Positions 26,415 through 35,895 of a stretch of 56,625 nucleotides of DNA are shown in pieces; the stretch's first letter is position 1, and each line of letters starts with the position of its first letter. The notes below the pieces were generated by a model, which saw only the letters and a list, made by a program, of their open reading frames with translations, had not been told where the DNA came from and ran no database searches. Location: contig JBDKUT010000153.1 of the NCBI GenBank assembly GCA_039679545.1, positions 1 to 56,625 on the forward strand, written 5' to 3'. Position numbers and translations under genes: made by a program. This DNA is from Thermotogota bacterium (lineage in GTDB: Bacteria; Bipolaricaulota; Bipolaricaulia; UBA7950; UBA9294).

Positions 26415-27737
26415 ATGGGATCGACGCTTTCGACGCAGCGCGTCTTTCGGACGTGGTGGCCGCTTACGGCGAGTTGGCTCTTGATGTCCCTGGAGGGCCC
26501 CGCGATGAACATCGTGGTGGCTCGCCTCGCGCAGCCGAAGGTTCACCTCGCCGCGTTCGGGAGCCTCGTGATGCCCCTCGCGCAGGTCATCAATTCCCCT
26601 GTTGTGATGCTGCTCGCGGCGTCGACGGCGCTCAGCGCCGACCACCGGGCATACGAGAAGATGCGTCGCTTCATGCACATCGCCTGCGCGATCCTCACCG
26701 CGCTCCATATCGTGATCGCCTGCACGCCTCTGTACGACATCATCGTGCGAACGGTTCTGGGCGCGCCGGAGGAAATCGTCGAGCCCGGAAGGATCGGCCT
26801 CCTCCTCGCCATCCCATGGACGTGGGCCCTCGCCTATCGGCGCTTCAACCAGGGGGTTCTCATTCGGTTCGGGCACTCCTCGGCAATCGGTGTGGGCACG
26901 CTGATTCGGCTGTGCGCCAACGCCGCGGTCCTCGCCGCAGGCTACATCCTCGGCTCCGTCCCAGGGACCGCCGTCGCCACCGCCGCGATCACGGTGGGAA
27001 TCATTGTTGAGGCGATCTACTCGGGTCTGCGGGTGCAGCCCGTCCTGCACAACGAGCTGCCGCGGGAGTCGGCCGGCCAGCCACTCGAGTATCGGACGTT
27101 CCTCCGGTTCTACGTTCCGCTTTCCCTGACGTCGGTCATCCTCCTGGGGGTGCGACCGCTCTTCACCGCCGCGATCAGCCGCATGCCGAACCCACTCGAT
27201 TCGCTCGCCGTTTTCCCGGTCGTCACTGGGCTCATCTACCTCTTCCGCAGCCCGGGCGTGGCGTACAACGAGACCTCCATTGCCCACATCGCCGAAGTCG
27301 GGTCGACCCGGACGCTGCCTCGCTTCGCGCGTTCCCTCGTGATCGGATCCAGCGTGGCGGCCGCCGTGGTCGCCGCCACGCCGCTCTGCCACATCTGGTT
27401 CGGCACGATCACCGGGCTCGACGAGTCGCTCTTGTCTCTCGCGGTGGCCGGCTTCTGGCTCGCGTCTCTCCTGCCCGCGATCTCCGTCCTGCAGAGCCAC
27501 TACCAGGGGGCCATCCTCTACAGTCGGAAGACCCGGTCGATCACCGTCGCCGTAGCGGTCTACCTGGTTGCAACGACAACGCTGTTGTGGAGTGCGATCG
27601 CGTGGAGGACAATCCCCGGCATCTACGCCGCCATCGTCGCGATGACCGTCGGGGAGATCCTCCGGACCGTCTGGATGGGGCGGAGCAGCCGCCGCGTGTG
27701 GACCGAGCTTCGCAAGAGGGACGCGGCCGAGACCTAA
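26415..27737 (+). CDS. MATE/MOP-superfamily (ANKH-like) multi-pass membrane protein
   Basis: About 12 hydrophobic segments; internal duplication (W.PL..ARL / YVPL..SRM; QGVLI / QGAIL). Confidence 0.7.
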   Translation: MGSTLSTQRVFRTWWPLTASWLLMSLEGPAMNIVVARLAQPKVHLAAFGSLVMPLAQVINSPVVMLLAASTALSADHRAYEKMRRFMHIACAILTALHIVIACTPLYDIIVRTVLGAPEEIVEPGRIGLLLAIPWTWALAYRRFNQGVLIRFGHSSAIGVGTLIRLCANAAVLAAGYILGSVPGTAVATAAITVGIIVEAIYSGLRVQPVLHNELPRESAGQPLEYRTFLRFYVPLSLTSVILLGVRPLFTAAISRMPNPLDSLAVFPVVTGLIYLFRSPGVAYNETSIAHIAEVGSTRTLPRFARSLVIGSSVAAAVVAATPLCHIWFGTITGLDESLLSLAVAGFWLASLLPAISVLQSHYQGAILYSRKTRSITVAVAVYLVATTTLLWSAIAWRTIPGIYAAIVAMTVGEILRTVWMGRSSRRVWTELRKRDAAET

Positions 27738-28345
27738 CGCCGGTCCGGCTCCGAGCGCCGTTCGATCGCCGCCCACACCCGTGCGGCCACGTCGTCGACC
27801 GTACCGCAGGCGTCGATTCGGATCAGCTTTGTTCTCCGACCCCATTCATCGCAGGACCAACTAGGCTCTCGTCCGCGGTCGGCGTGTCCTTCCCTGTCGA
27901 CTTCACGGAGACGCGCCCGCCGCTCGTCGAGCGGCGCATCCAACCACAGGATCAGATCGAAGCCGCTACGGTCGACGTGGCGTGACGTCGCTATCGCGGC
28001 CCCCTCGACGAGAAGCACCCTCGTTCCTGCGGCCCGGTGCTCCTCGGCTACCGACTTCCAACGCGCCTCGAGAGCCGGGTAGACGATCCGCTCGAGGTCG
28101 TCGCGGGCTGCGTCGTCGGAGAAGACGATCCGTCCGAGCGCACGTCGGTCGATGGTGCCGTCGGCGGCGACGACCGTGCGCCCAAAGCGCCGTACGGCCT
28201 CTGCGAAGCCCTGCGTCCCCGGTGCGTACGTCGCCCAGGCAAGTTCGTCAAGATCGATCCAGGCAACCCCAGGACGTCGCACGAGCATCTGCGCGACCGC
28301 GCTCTTCCCGCTTCCCGCTCGCCCCGCGAGACCCACGACGATCAT
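27734..28345 (-). CDS. coaE: Dephospho-CoA kinase
   Basis: VGLAGRAGSGKS P-loop; IDRRALGRIVF.D; LERIVYP. Confidence 0.88.
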   Translation of the reverse strand: MIVVGLAGRAGSGKSAVAQMLVRRPGVAWIDLDELAWATYAPGTQGFAEAVRRFGRTVVAADGTIDRRALGRIVFSDDAARDDLERIVYPALEARWKSVAEEHRAAGTRVLLVEGAAIATSRHVDRSGFDLILWLDAPLDERRARLREVDREGHADRGREPSWSCDEWGRRTKLIRIDACGTVDDVAARVWAAIERRSEPDRR

Positions 28346-28471
28346 GGAACGACAGTACTCGCCTCGCGGGAGCCGAGCAAGGGCTGCGGTTTGCCATCGA
28401 TGGAACCGCCGCCGGGAGTCGGTCGTTGGCGGCCCAGCGAGAATCGCGTATTCTGGCCCCTCGGAGGTTCT

Positions 28472-29293
28472 ATGAGCGAGGTTGTCCGTGACTACTACAA
28501 CCGCGAAGTCGACTCGGAGTGGGAACGGCTCAGCCGTCCCCACGGCCGCCTCGAAATGGAGAGCACGCTCCGGCTGATCGGCGAGCACTTCCCACCCGCG
28601 GGCAGGGTCGCCGACATCGGCGGGGGCCCGGGACGATACGCGATCGAACTCCTTCGCCACGGCTACCGCGTGACGCTCGTCGACCTCGCCGAGCGAAACG
28701 TCAAGTTCGCTCAGGCAAAACTCGCCGAACTCGGCCTTACGGCGGACGCCGTCGTCTGCGCTGACGCACGCGATCTCTCCTTCCTTGCCGCGGAGTCCTT
28801 CGACGCCGCCCTCGTCCTCGGGCCGATGTACCACCTCGTCGAGGAGGCGGATCGACGCACCGCGCTCCTCGAGCTCCGTCGCATCTTGAAGCCAGGAGCC
28901 CCCGCGATCGTCGGGTTCATCAACCCGTGGGGCGTTCTCCGCGCGGGCCTCGGTGAGTTTCCGGAGCTCTACGTCGACGACACCCTCATCCGCCAACTCC
29001 TCTCGACCTGTGCGCAGGTCGGCGAGCAACGGGCGTTTACCGAGGCGTCGTTCCTGACGCCGCCCCAGGCGATCGTCGAGCTGCGCGAAGCGGGATTCAG
29101 CGTCGACGTGCGCGTCGGCGCCGAGGGGTTCGCCGGCGGAATGAGCGTCGAGGTTCGGAAGCTTGCCGAAGAGCATCCTGAGGCGTACGAGAACGTCTTG
29201 CGCCTCGTCGCGGAGACGTGCGACATGCCCGCCTTCCGGGACTCCACCGAGCACTTGCAGGTTGTCGTCCGCCGCCTCGAACCTCCGGCGTGA
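28472..29293 (+). CDS. Class I SAM-dependent methyltransferase
   Basis: GGAGG RBS; DIGGGPGRY, DARDL, GPMYHL, LKPG. Confidence 0.88.
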   Translation: MSEVVRDYYNREVDSEWERLSRPHGRLEMESTLRLIGEHFPPAGRVADIGGGPGRYAIELLRHGYRVTLVDLAERNVKFAQAKLAELGLTADAVVCADARDLSFLAAESFDAALVLGPMYHLVEEADRRTALLELRRILKPGAPAIVGFINPWGVLRAGLGEFPELYVDDTLIRQLLSTCAQVGEQRAFTEASFLTPPQAIVELREAGFSVDVRVGAEGFAGGMSVEVRKLAEEHPEAYENVLRLVAETCDMPAFRDSTEHLQVVVRRLEPPA

Positions 29294-29360
29294 AGCGAAC
29301 CTGACTCTCCGTGTGAAACCGTTCGACCCGGCCGGGTGTACGTTTGCCGAGGTGATCGAA

Positions 29361-30167
29361 ATGACCAAGAACGGAACGAGGGCCCTTCTCCTACTTCTCG
29401 TGACGCTCGTCGCGCTTTCGGCCGTCGCCATCGCCGACGGCGGCGCGGCACCGCTGGGAATCATCCCAACGCCCACGCCCACGCCGAATCCGCTGACGGT
29501 CAACATCTGGACCGGCAAGACGAACTACGTGGTCGGTGAGTATGTGACCATCTACTTCTCGGTCTCGCAGCCGGCCTACGTCTACATCTACGACATCCAG
29601 CCGGACGGCATCGTACGGCTGATCTTCCCGAACGCCTATGAGCAAGCGAACTACGTCTCCCCCGGCACCCGCACGCTGCCGGGCAGCGGAGCCTACAAGT
29701 TCACGGTGACGCCGCCGACCGGTACGGAGCAGCTGCAGATCTTCGCAAGCCCTGTGCCGCTTGCGCTCTCGCCGAATTCCTACTCGGAGCCGTTCCCGAT
29801 GGTCGGAAGCAGCCCGCATGGTGCCGGAGTGGCCATCAAGGGCATCATCCCCACCGACCCGCAGCAGGCACAGTGGGTCACGGCTTGGACGTCGCTCGTG
29901 ATCTCGCAATCCTACGGTTACACGTATCCGGGCGGCACGTACCCGTACCCGTATCCGACCCCTACGCCGCCCCCGACGCCCGGCCCGGGGTCGTACCCGC
30001 CGATGTACCCGCCATTCCCGGGAACTCCCGGAGGCATGTGGTACTGGTATAACGGCAGCTGGCAGCAGGGGAGGCCGACGAGCGGGTGGTACTTCTACTT
30101 CTCCCCGCAGTGCTCCTGCTGGCGAATCACGTTTGTATTTACCTGGCACTCGGGATCGGGAGGCTGA
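29361..30167 (+). CDS. Secreted DUF4384 domain protein with Pro/Tyr-rich tail
   Basis: Signal peptide; Y.VGE.V.I.F..AYVYI.DI.PDG.V.LIFPN; PP.G.E. Confidence 0.8.
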   Translation: MTKNGTRALLLLLVTLVALSAVAIADGGAAPLGIIPTPTPTPNPLTVNIWTGKTNYVVGEYVTIYFSVSQPAYVYIYDIQPDGIVRLIFPNAYEQANYVSPGTRTLPGSGAYKFTVTPPTGTEQLQIFASPVPLALSPNSYSEPFPMVGSSPHGAGVAIKGIIPTDPQQAQWVTAWTSLVISQSYGYTYPGGTYPYPYPTPTPPPTPGPGSYPPMYPPFPGTPGGMWYWYNGSWQQGRPTSGWYFYFSPQCSCWRITFVFTWHSGSGG

Positions 30168-30222
30168 GGGACGACAACGGAGATGGGCCGTATCACCTCC
30201 TCGGGATCCGGCCAACTACGGG

Positions 30223-30260
30223 AGAGGGACCCGGCAGCAGCCGGGTCCCTCTTTCTTTTC
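30223..30260 (+). terminator. Intrinsic terminator between convergent genes
   Basis: AGAGGGACCCGGC-AGCA-GCCGGGTCCCTCT followed by TTCTTTT. Confidence 0.8.
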
Positions 30261-30286
30261 TCTCAGTCGCGGACGCTCCGGGAAGC

Positions 30287-31447
30287 CTAGTGGATGTCTT
30301 TCTCGTAGATCCGCCAGGTCTTGTAGTGGACCCCCCCCATGAACGACGACGCGCGAAGGATCAGGTCGTTGTTTTCGAGAAGCAGTGACGGCTCGCAGGT
30401 CTTGTAGCCGTGCTCGAGCGCGTACTCGAGCACCTCGCGATAGAGAACGGCATCGATCCCGAGCTTCCGGAACCGCGGAAGGACTCCGAAGAACATCAGC
30501 CGCGTGTTGGGAATCCGCCCCTTCGTTCGCAAGAGGCGTAGGGCGCGGACGACGTCGGTGTCACGGAAGCGATTCCATCGTGGTCGAAGGGCCACGTTGG
30601 GGTCTGGAAGGGCGCCCAGCACAGCGGCCAGCTCGCCGTCGACGTAGGCGAAGCGCATCAGGCCGGGATCGGCAACGAGCTTCAGGCTCGCCGCCATCGC
30701 TGCCCCCTCCGCATCCTCCATGGGCAGGTATCCCCAGTTCGCGGCCCACGCCTCATTGAAGATCCGGACGATGAGATCGACCTCGGAGGGGATCTTCGAC
30801 ATGTCGATCGGTCTCGTTTCGATTCGGCGCCGCTCGCGCACGGCGTCTGCGATCGATCGAAGCCGCTCGCTTGGGCCGTCGGAGATCTGGATCAAGTACG
30901 CGTGGTAGTCCTTGGCCTTCCGCATGCCGAAGCGTTCGAGGAACTCGCCGTAGTAAGGAGCGTTGTGCGTCAGCTCGACCGTGGGTGGATAGGCGAATCC
31001 TTCGACGAGCACGCCCTGGTGCGCCTCATGCGTCGCGTTTGAGTACCCTCCCGGTCCGCGGGCAATCTTCATCTCCCGATCGCCAAGCCACGAGCACGCC
31101 CGCGACAAGAGGGCCTCGGCCGCCTCGTAGTCCGGCGCCACGTCGAAGAACCCGAAGAACCCGATCTTCGTGCCGTAGTGCTCGTTGTACCTGCGGTTCA
31201 CGGCCGCCGACACGCGCCCGACGAGGCGCCCGTCTCTCGCGGCCAGAAAGTGAGTGACCTCCGCGTCGTTGTGGTACGGATGCTCCCGCGTCAGGAGCCC
31301 CTTCATGCCCAGGAGGCGACTGCCGAGGAGCTCACCGCGAAGCGGTGGGGTCCAGCACGGATCCCCGCGGTGAATCTGCCACGCCACGTCGACGAAATCT
31401 CGCAGACGACGATCCCCCAACTCCAACTGGGTAACCTCACACCCCAT
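30287..31447 (-). CDS. YghO-like GNAT-family acyltransferase
   Basis: DP.W.PPL, GRVSA, GFFGFF, GVLVEGF..PP, HN.PYY, GV.P.FRKLG, LLE.N. Confidence 0.8.
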   Translation of the reverse strand: MGCEVTQLELGDRRLRDFVDVAWQIHRGDPCWTPPLRGELLGSRLLGMKGLLTREHPYHNDAEVTHFLAARDGRLVGRVSAAVNRRYNEHYGTKIGFFGFFDVAPDYEAAEALLSRACSWLGDREMKIARGPGGYSNATHEAHQGVLVEGFAYPPTVELTHNAPYYGEFLERFGMRKAKDYHAYLIQISDGPSERLRSIADAVRERRRIETRPIDMSKIPSEVDLIVRIFNEAWAANWGYLPMEDAEGAAMAASLKLVADPGLMRFAYVDGELAAVLGALPDPNVALRPRWNRFRDTDVVRALRLLRTKGRIPNTRLMFFGVLPRFRKLGIDAVLYREVLEYALEHGYKTCEPSLLLENNDLILRASSFMGGVHYKTWRIYEKDIH

Positions 31448-31564
31448 ACGATCCCGACCTCCCGCCTACGTGGCCCATTATGCCCGCCTCGAAGGCCTCC
31501 GCGAAATACCCGGAGGGCTCCCAACGGGTTGCGCGGGCGCGAGAAGCACGCTATACCCGCTGTC

Positions 31565-32359
31565 ATGGCGAATCCTGTCGATCGAGGGGGGACCCGACTC
31601 CTCCAGTGGATCCAGCAGCAGGCGGGCGTCTCGCGCCGCAAGGCGGCGGAGCTGATCGCTCACGGGGAGGTCTCGGTCAACAACCGCCCCGCCGCGGATC
31701 CCTTTCTAATCCTCGCTCCGGAGAACGTGCGCCGCTTGGCGCTGCGCGGCCAGCCCCTTCCCCTCGACCGCCCTGAGCCCCGCATCTACCGGCTCCACAA
31801 GCCCACCGGCATGCTGTGCAGTCACGACGACCCGTTCACCGGGAACACCGTGGGACGCTTGCTCCGCTCGGAGGGGTTCATCGGCTACACGTGGGTCGGC
31901 CGTCTGGACCAGGACGCCGAGGGACTTCTTCTCCTGTCGAACGACGGTGAGTTCATCCACGCGTTCACGCACCCGCGCTACGAGGTCGAGAAAACGTACC
32001 ACGTTCAGTTCCGTCCGGTGCCGCGCGCCCAGGAGCTCGAGCGGATGCTGGCCGAGATGCAGAAGGGGATTCCCGACGACGGCGAGCTCCTGCACATCCG
32101 CCGTGGTCGCATCGCCGGAAGGCCTCCGTACGCCGTGCTGACCCTGACGGAGGGGCGCAAGCACGAGATCAAGCGACTGCTGGGCCACTTCGATCTCTCC
32201 GTCGAACGCCTTGTCCGCGTCTCGGTGGGGACCGTCGAACTCGGGAACCTACGCGCCGGTGCAATCGAGCGGATGCCCGAAGCGGCCGCCGCCTCGTTGT
32301 TCGAGAGCGCACGTGCCGCGCTTCGTCGCGGTGGCGAGCGCACCGAGGGCTCCCTATAA
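31565..32359 (+). CDS. RsuA/RluB-family rRNA pseudouridine synthase
   Basis: S4 domain SRRKA..LI..G.V.VN; HKP.G; GRLD (catalytic Asp); EGRKHEIK. Confidence 0.9.
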   Translation: MANPVDRGGTRLLQWIQQQAGVSRRKAAELIAHGEVSVNNRPAADPFLILAPENVRRLALRGQPLPLDRPEPRIYRLHKPTGMLCSHDDPFTGNTVGRLLRSEGFIGYTWVGRLDQDAEGLLLLSNDGEFIHAFTHPRYEVEKTYHVQFRPVPRAQELERMLAEMQKGIPDDGELLHIRRGRIAGRPPYAVLTLTEGRKHEIKRLLGHFDLSVERLVRVSVGTVELGNLRAGAIERMPEAAAASLFESARAALRRGGERTEGSL

Positions 32360-32366
32360 TCGGCCC

Positions 32367-33989
32367 ATGCGCGTAGGGATCGGCCAAATCAACGTCACCG
32401 TCGGCGCCATCGAGCGCAATGTCGAGATCATCTCCGCGGCGGTCCGCGAGGCGCGGAGCGCCGGATGCGACCTTGTCGCGTTTCCCGAGCTCGCCGTCCC
32501 GGGCTACGTACCGCTTGACTTGCTGTGGCGGCCCGGGTTCGTCGAGGCGTGCCGCAAGGGTCTCGAGCGCGTTCGCGCCGAGGCCGGCACCATGACGGTC
32601 GTCGTCGGCAGCGTGGCAAGCGAGTCGGCCCACGCGCCCGTCAACCGCGTCGATCCCTCGTCGGTGAACGACGGCGCCGCGACGGAACTCTACAACGTCG
32701 CCGTGCTTCTACGGAAAGACCGCGAGATCGGGCGCCTCGCCAAGATCTACCTCCCGACGTACGACATCTACAACGAACGCCGCTACTTCACGCCCGGTCC
32801 GGGGAGCGAGGTCTACACGATCGGCGGACGAAAGTTCGGGATCAACATCTGTGAAGACATCTGGGTCGATGACGGTCCGACCGATCTTCAGGCGAGCCTC
32901 GGCGCGGAGTGGATCCTCAACCTGTCCGCCTCGCCGTTCTACGTGGGCAAGCCAGCGATCCGCCGCAAGCTGATCCGGCGCCGCTCGGTCGAGAACGGCG
33001 TCGGCATCGTTTACGTGAACCTCGTCGGCGGCCAGGATGACGTGATCTTCGACGGCGGAAGCTTCGTCACGAATGCCGCCGGCGAGATCCTCTTCGAGGC
33101 CCCCCGCTTCGAGGACGGGCTCTACGTTGTCGACATGGATGGCGGCGGTGTCCGTGTTCCCGACGACGACCCGGTCGCCCAGACACGGGCCGCGATCGCC
33201 CTAGGCATCCGTGACTACGTGCGCAAGAACGGTCGCGCCGACGTCCTTCTCGGCCTGTCCGGCGGCGTCGACTCTGCGGTCGTGGCTGCGCTCGCCGTCG
33301 AGGCCCTGGGAGCCGAGCACGTATCGACCGTCTACCTGCCAAGCGAGTACTCCTCCGCGGAAAGCCGCGAGGACTCGGCCGCTGTGGCGCGGAACCTCGG
33401 CGTCGACCACACCGAGATTCCGATCGATTCGGTTCACGACGCGCTTCGGCGGGCGCTCCCTGCCCGCGCCGACGGGCTGGTCGACGAGAACCTTCAGCCA
33501 CGCGCCCGCGGGACGCTCCTCATGGCGTTGTCGAACCAGCGAGGGGCCCTCGTCCTCTGCCCGGCGAACAAGTCCGAGATTGCCGTCGGCTACAACACCC
33601 TCTACGGCGACACCGTTGGAGCCCTCGCGCCGCTCGCCGACCTGTACAAGGACGACGTCTACCGTCTCGCCGAGTCGTTCGGAGTCGCGATTCCCGAGCG
33701 CATCCTGCGCAAAGCCCCGACCGCCGAGCTGCGCCCCAACCAGCGCGACGACGACGACCTGCCACCGTACACGACGCTCGATCCGCTCCTCCGCGCGATC
33801 ATCGAGAAGAACGAGTCCCGCCCCGACCTCCTCGCCGCGGGGTTCGACCCGGCGCTCGTCGACAACGTGCTCAGCCGCTACTACCGGAACGAGTACAAGC
33901 GCCATCAGCTCCCGATCGGAATCAAGGTCACCCCGAAGGCGTTCGGATCCGGCCGCCGCATCCCGGTTACGAACGGATACCGCGATTGA
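32367..33989 (+). CDS. nadE: Glutamine-dependent NAD+ synthetase
   Basis: Nitrilase domain (FPEL, K.YLP.Y, ICEDIW) plus synthetase domain (GLSGGVDS, ENLQ.R.RG, NKSE, YNTLYGD). Confidence 0.95.
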   Translation: MRVGIGQINVTVGAIERNVEIISAAVREARSAGCDLVAFPELAVPGYVPLDLLWRPGFVEACRKGLERVRAEAGTMTVVVGSVASESAHAPVNRVDPSSVNDGAATELYNVAVLLRKDREIGRLAKIYLPTYDIYNERRYFTPGPGSEVYTIGGRKFGINICEDIWVDDGPTDLQASLGAEWILNLSASPFYVGKPAIRRKLIRRRSVENGVGIVYVNLVGGQDDVIFDGGSFVTNAAGEILFEAPRFEDGLYVVDMDGGGVRVPDDDPVAQTRAAIALGIRDYVRKNGRADVLLGLSGGVDSAVVAALAVEALGAEHVSTVYLPSEYSSAESREDSAAVARNLGVDHTEIPIDSVHDALRRALPARADGLVDENLQPRARGTLLMALSNQRGALVLCPANKSEIAVGYNTLYGDTVGALAPLADLYKDDVYRLAESFGVAIPERILRKAPTAELRPNQRDDDDLPPYTTLDPLLRAIIEKNESRPDLLAAGFDPALVDNVLSRYYRNEYKRHQLPIGIKVTPKAFGSGRRIPVTNGYRD

Positions 33990-33996
33990 CCGAAAG

Positions 33997-34055
33997 CGGC
34001 GCCCCGGCTCCGTGAGCTCGGGGGTGACCCCGAGCCCCGTGCGCCGGGGCGTCCG
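33997..34055. terminator. Long GC-rich hairpin between convergent nadE and hsp20
   Basis: CGCCCCGGC..GCTCGGGG-GTGA-CCCCGAGC..GCCGGGGCG; no clear U-tract. Confidence 0.5.
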
Positions 34056-34078
34056 CGGCTCTCTACGCAAGGAGGCGG

Positions 34079-34531
34079 CTATCCGACAGGAACCTCGATC
34101 GCCTTCTCTTTCTCCTTGATTGACTCCTTCAGGGGCGCCGTCACCCGAAGGATGCCATCCTCGAACTTCGCCTGAACCCGTCCCTTGTCTACAAGCTCCG
34201 GCGGAAGTGGGAAGCTCCGCTGGAACCGGCCGTACTGCCGGCCGATCCGGAAGTAGTGCTCGCGGTCGATCTCCTCGCTCCGCTTCGTCTCGCCACTGAT
34301 GATCAACTGATCGTCCTCAACCCGGATCGCGATGTCTTCCTTCTTCGCACCCGGGAGTTCCGTCTCGAACACCAGATTCTTGTCCTTCTCGTACACGTCG
34401 GTGCGCCCGAAGCTCGGCGCGATGTCGAAGCCCACGGTGTCGAAGTCGTGGAACATCTCATCGACGAGACGAGAAAGGTTCGACTCAAGGATGAACGGCC
34501 CTCGCCTCACGTCTGGTAGTCTGCGCATCAT
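34079..34531 (-). CDS. Small heat-shock protein (Hsp20/alpha-crystallin)
   Basis: DVYE..ELPG..KEDI, G.F.RSF.LP, A.FEDGIL.V. Confidence 0.93.
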   Translation of the reverse strand: MMRRLPDVRRGPFILESNLSRLVDEMFHDFDTVGFDIAPSFGRTDVYEKDKNLVFETELPGAKKEDIAIRVEDDQLIISGETKRSEEIDREHYFRIGRQYGRFQRSFPLPPELVDKGRVQAKFEDGILRVTAPLKESIKEKEKAIEVPVG

Positions 34532-34556
34532 TTCAGGTCCTCCTTCTGCCATCCTG

Positions 34557-34617
34557 CTGGCACTCCTATCTCTTGATTGCTAACTGGCAGTATAGATACG
34601 TGACTGCCAGTTGTCAA
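34557..34617 (-). promoter_or_regulatory. sigma70 promoter with two adjacent CIRCE-like (HrcA) operators
   Basis: TTGACA-17-TATACT (34617-34589); TTAGCAATC-N9-GAGTGCCAG (34583-34557) and CTGGCAGTC-N9-TACTGCCAG (34610-34584). Confidence 0.85.
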
Positions 34618-34627
34618 GTGGAAGGTT

Positions 34628-34903
34628 TTGCCGTACCCTGCAAGCGTGCTGCGAAAGGTTCTTGTTCTCCCGATCAAGGTCTACCAGCGGGTGATCTCGC
34701 CCCTCTTGCGGCCGCGCTGCCGGTTCTACCCGACGTGTTCCCAGTACGCGGTCGAGGCGATCGAGACGCACGGGCCGTTCCGAGGGAGCTGGCTTGCCCT
34801 GCGCCGCCTGCTCAAGTGCCACCCGCTGCATCCCGGGGGCTTCGACCCCGTGCCGCCGCGGAAGTCGGAGGTCTCCACGGGAAAGGAGGAGAGCCATGGC
34901 TAG
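34628..34903 (+). CDS. yidD: Membrane protein insertion efficiency factor
   Basis: [25 protein letters not shown]; start could be GTG 34646. Confidence 0.92.
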   Translation: MPYPASVLRKVLVLPIKVYQRVISPLLRPRCRFYPTCSQYAVEAIETHGPFRGSWLALRRLLKCHPLHPGGFDPVPPRKSEVSTGKEESHG

Positions 34904-35882
34904 AGACGGGGGCGCCCGCCCGAAGGCAGCGGGATCGTTCGAGAACACCCCCGACGTTCTCATCCTCGGCGGCGGGCCGGCGGGCGCGTCGGCCGCGATC
35001 TACGCGGCTCGCGCCGGGCTCTCGACGCTCGTCGTCGACAAGGGAGTCACGTCCGGGGCACTCGGCATGAGCCGCGAAATCGCCAACTACCCGGGGATTC
35101 CTGAGGGCACGCCGGGCGCCGACGTTGTCCTTCGCATCCGGACGCAGGCAGAGCGCTTCGGGGCACGCTTCGTAACCGACAAGGTGTCGGCCAGCGATCT
35201 CTCCGGAGACGTCAAGGTCGCGTACGGAACCCGCGGGACGTACCGAGGCCGCGCCGTGATCGTCGCCTCCGGAGCGATGGGGCGGGCCCGCACCCTCCCG
35301 GGGGAAGAGCGCCTCGTCGGCCGTGGCGTCTCGTACTGCGCGACCTGCGACGGGTTCTTCTTCCAGGGGAAGACCGTGGCCGTGGCCGGCGCAACCGACG
35401 AGGCGATCGAGGAGGCGCTCTTCCTGACCCGGTTTGCGGCCCATGTCCACGTCCTCTCACCGAGCGAGTCGCTACGATGCTCGCCGCGCCTTGCCGACGA
35501 GGCCGCCCGCTCGCCGTCGGTGACTGTGCACCCATCGACGAACCTCGAGGAGATCCTGGGAAGCGCCTCGGTGGACGGCGTTCGGATCCGCAGTCGCCGC
35601 GGCGACCCGACAGTCCTCCCAATCGCCGGCGTATTTCTCTACCTTCAAGGCGGGCGCCCGATCGTCGACTTCCTCGGAGGTCAGGTCCCTCTCACCGCCG
35701 ACGGCTGCTTGACCACAGATGCGCTCTTCCAAACGCAGGTTGCCGGCGTGTTCGCCGCGGGAGACGTGCTGTGCAAGCATCTGAAACAAGCCGTGCTTGC
35801 CGCGGCGGAAGGAGCGAGCGCGGCCGTCGCCGCCGACCGCTACCTGGCAGGACGAGAGAAGCTCAGGCCGGATTGGGCCTGA
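34896..35882 (+). CDS. Thioredoxin-reductase-family flavoprotein lacking NADPH motifs (DTR/FFTR-like)
   Basis: GGGPAG FAD motif, [24 protein letters not shown] in place of GGGxxA; ends RPDWA. Confidence 0.85.
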   Translation: MARDGGARPKAAGSFENTPDVLILGGGPAGASAAIYAARAGLSTLVVDKGVTSGALGMSREIANYPGIPEGTPGADVVLRIRTQAERFGARFVTDKVSASDLSGDVKVAYGTRGTYRGRAVIVASGAMGRARTLPGEERLVGRGVSYCATCDGFFFQGKTVAVAGATDEAIEEALFLTRFAAHVHVLSPSESLRCSPRLADEAARSPSVTVHPSTNLEEILGSASVDGVRIRSRRGDPTVLPIAGVFLYLQGGRPIVDFLGGQVPLTADGCLTTDALFQTQVAGVFAAGDVLCKHLKQAVLAAAEGASAAVAADRYLAGREKLRPDWA

Positions 35883-35895
35883 AGCGAGTGCACCG

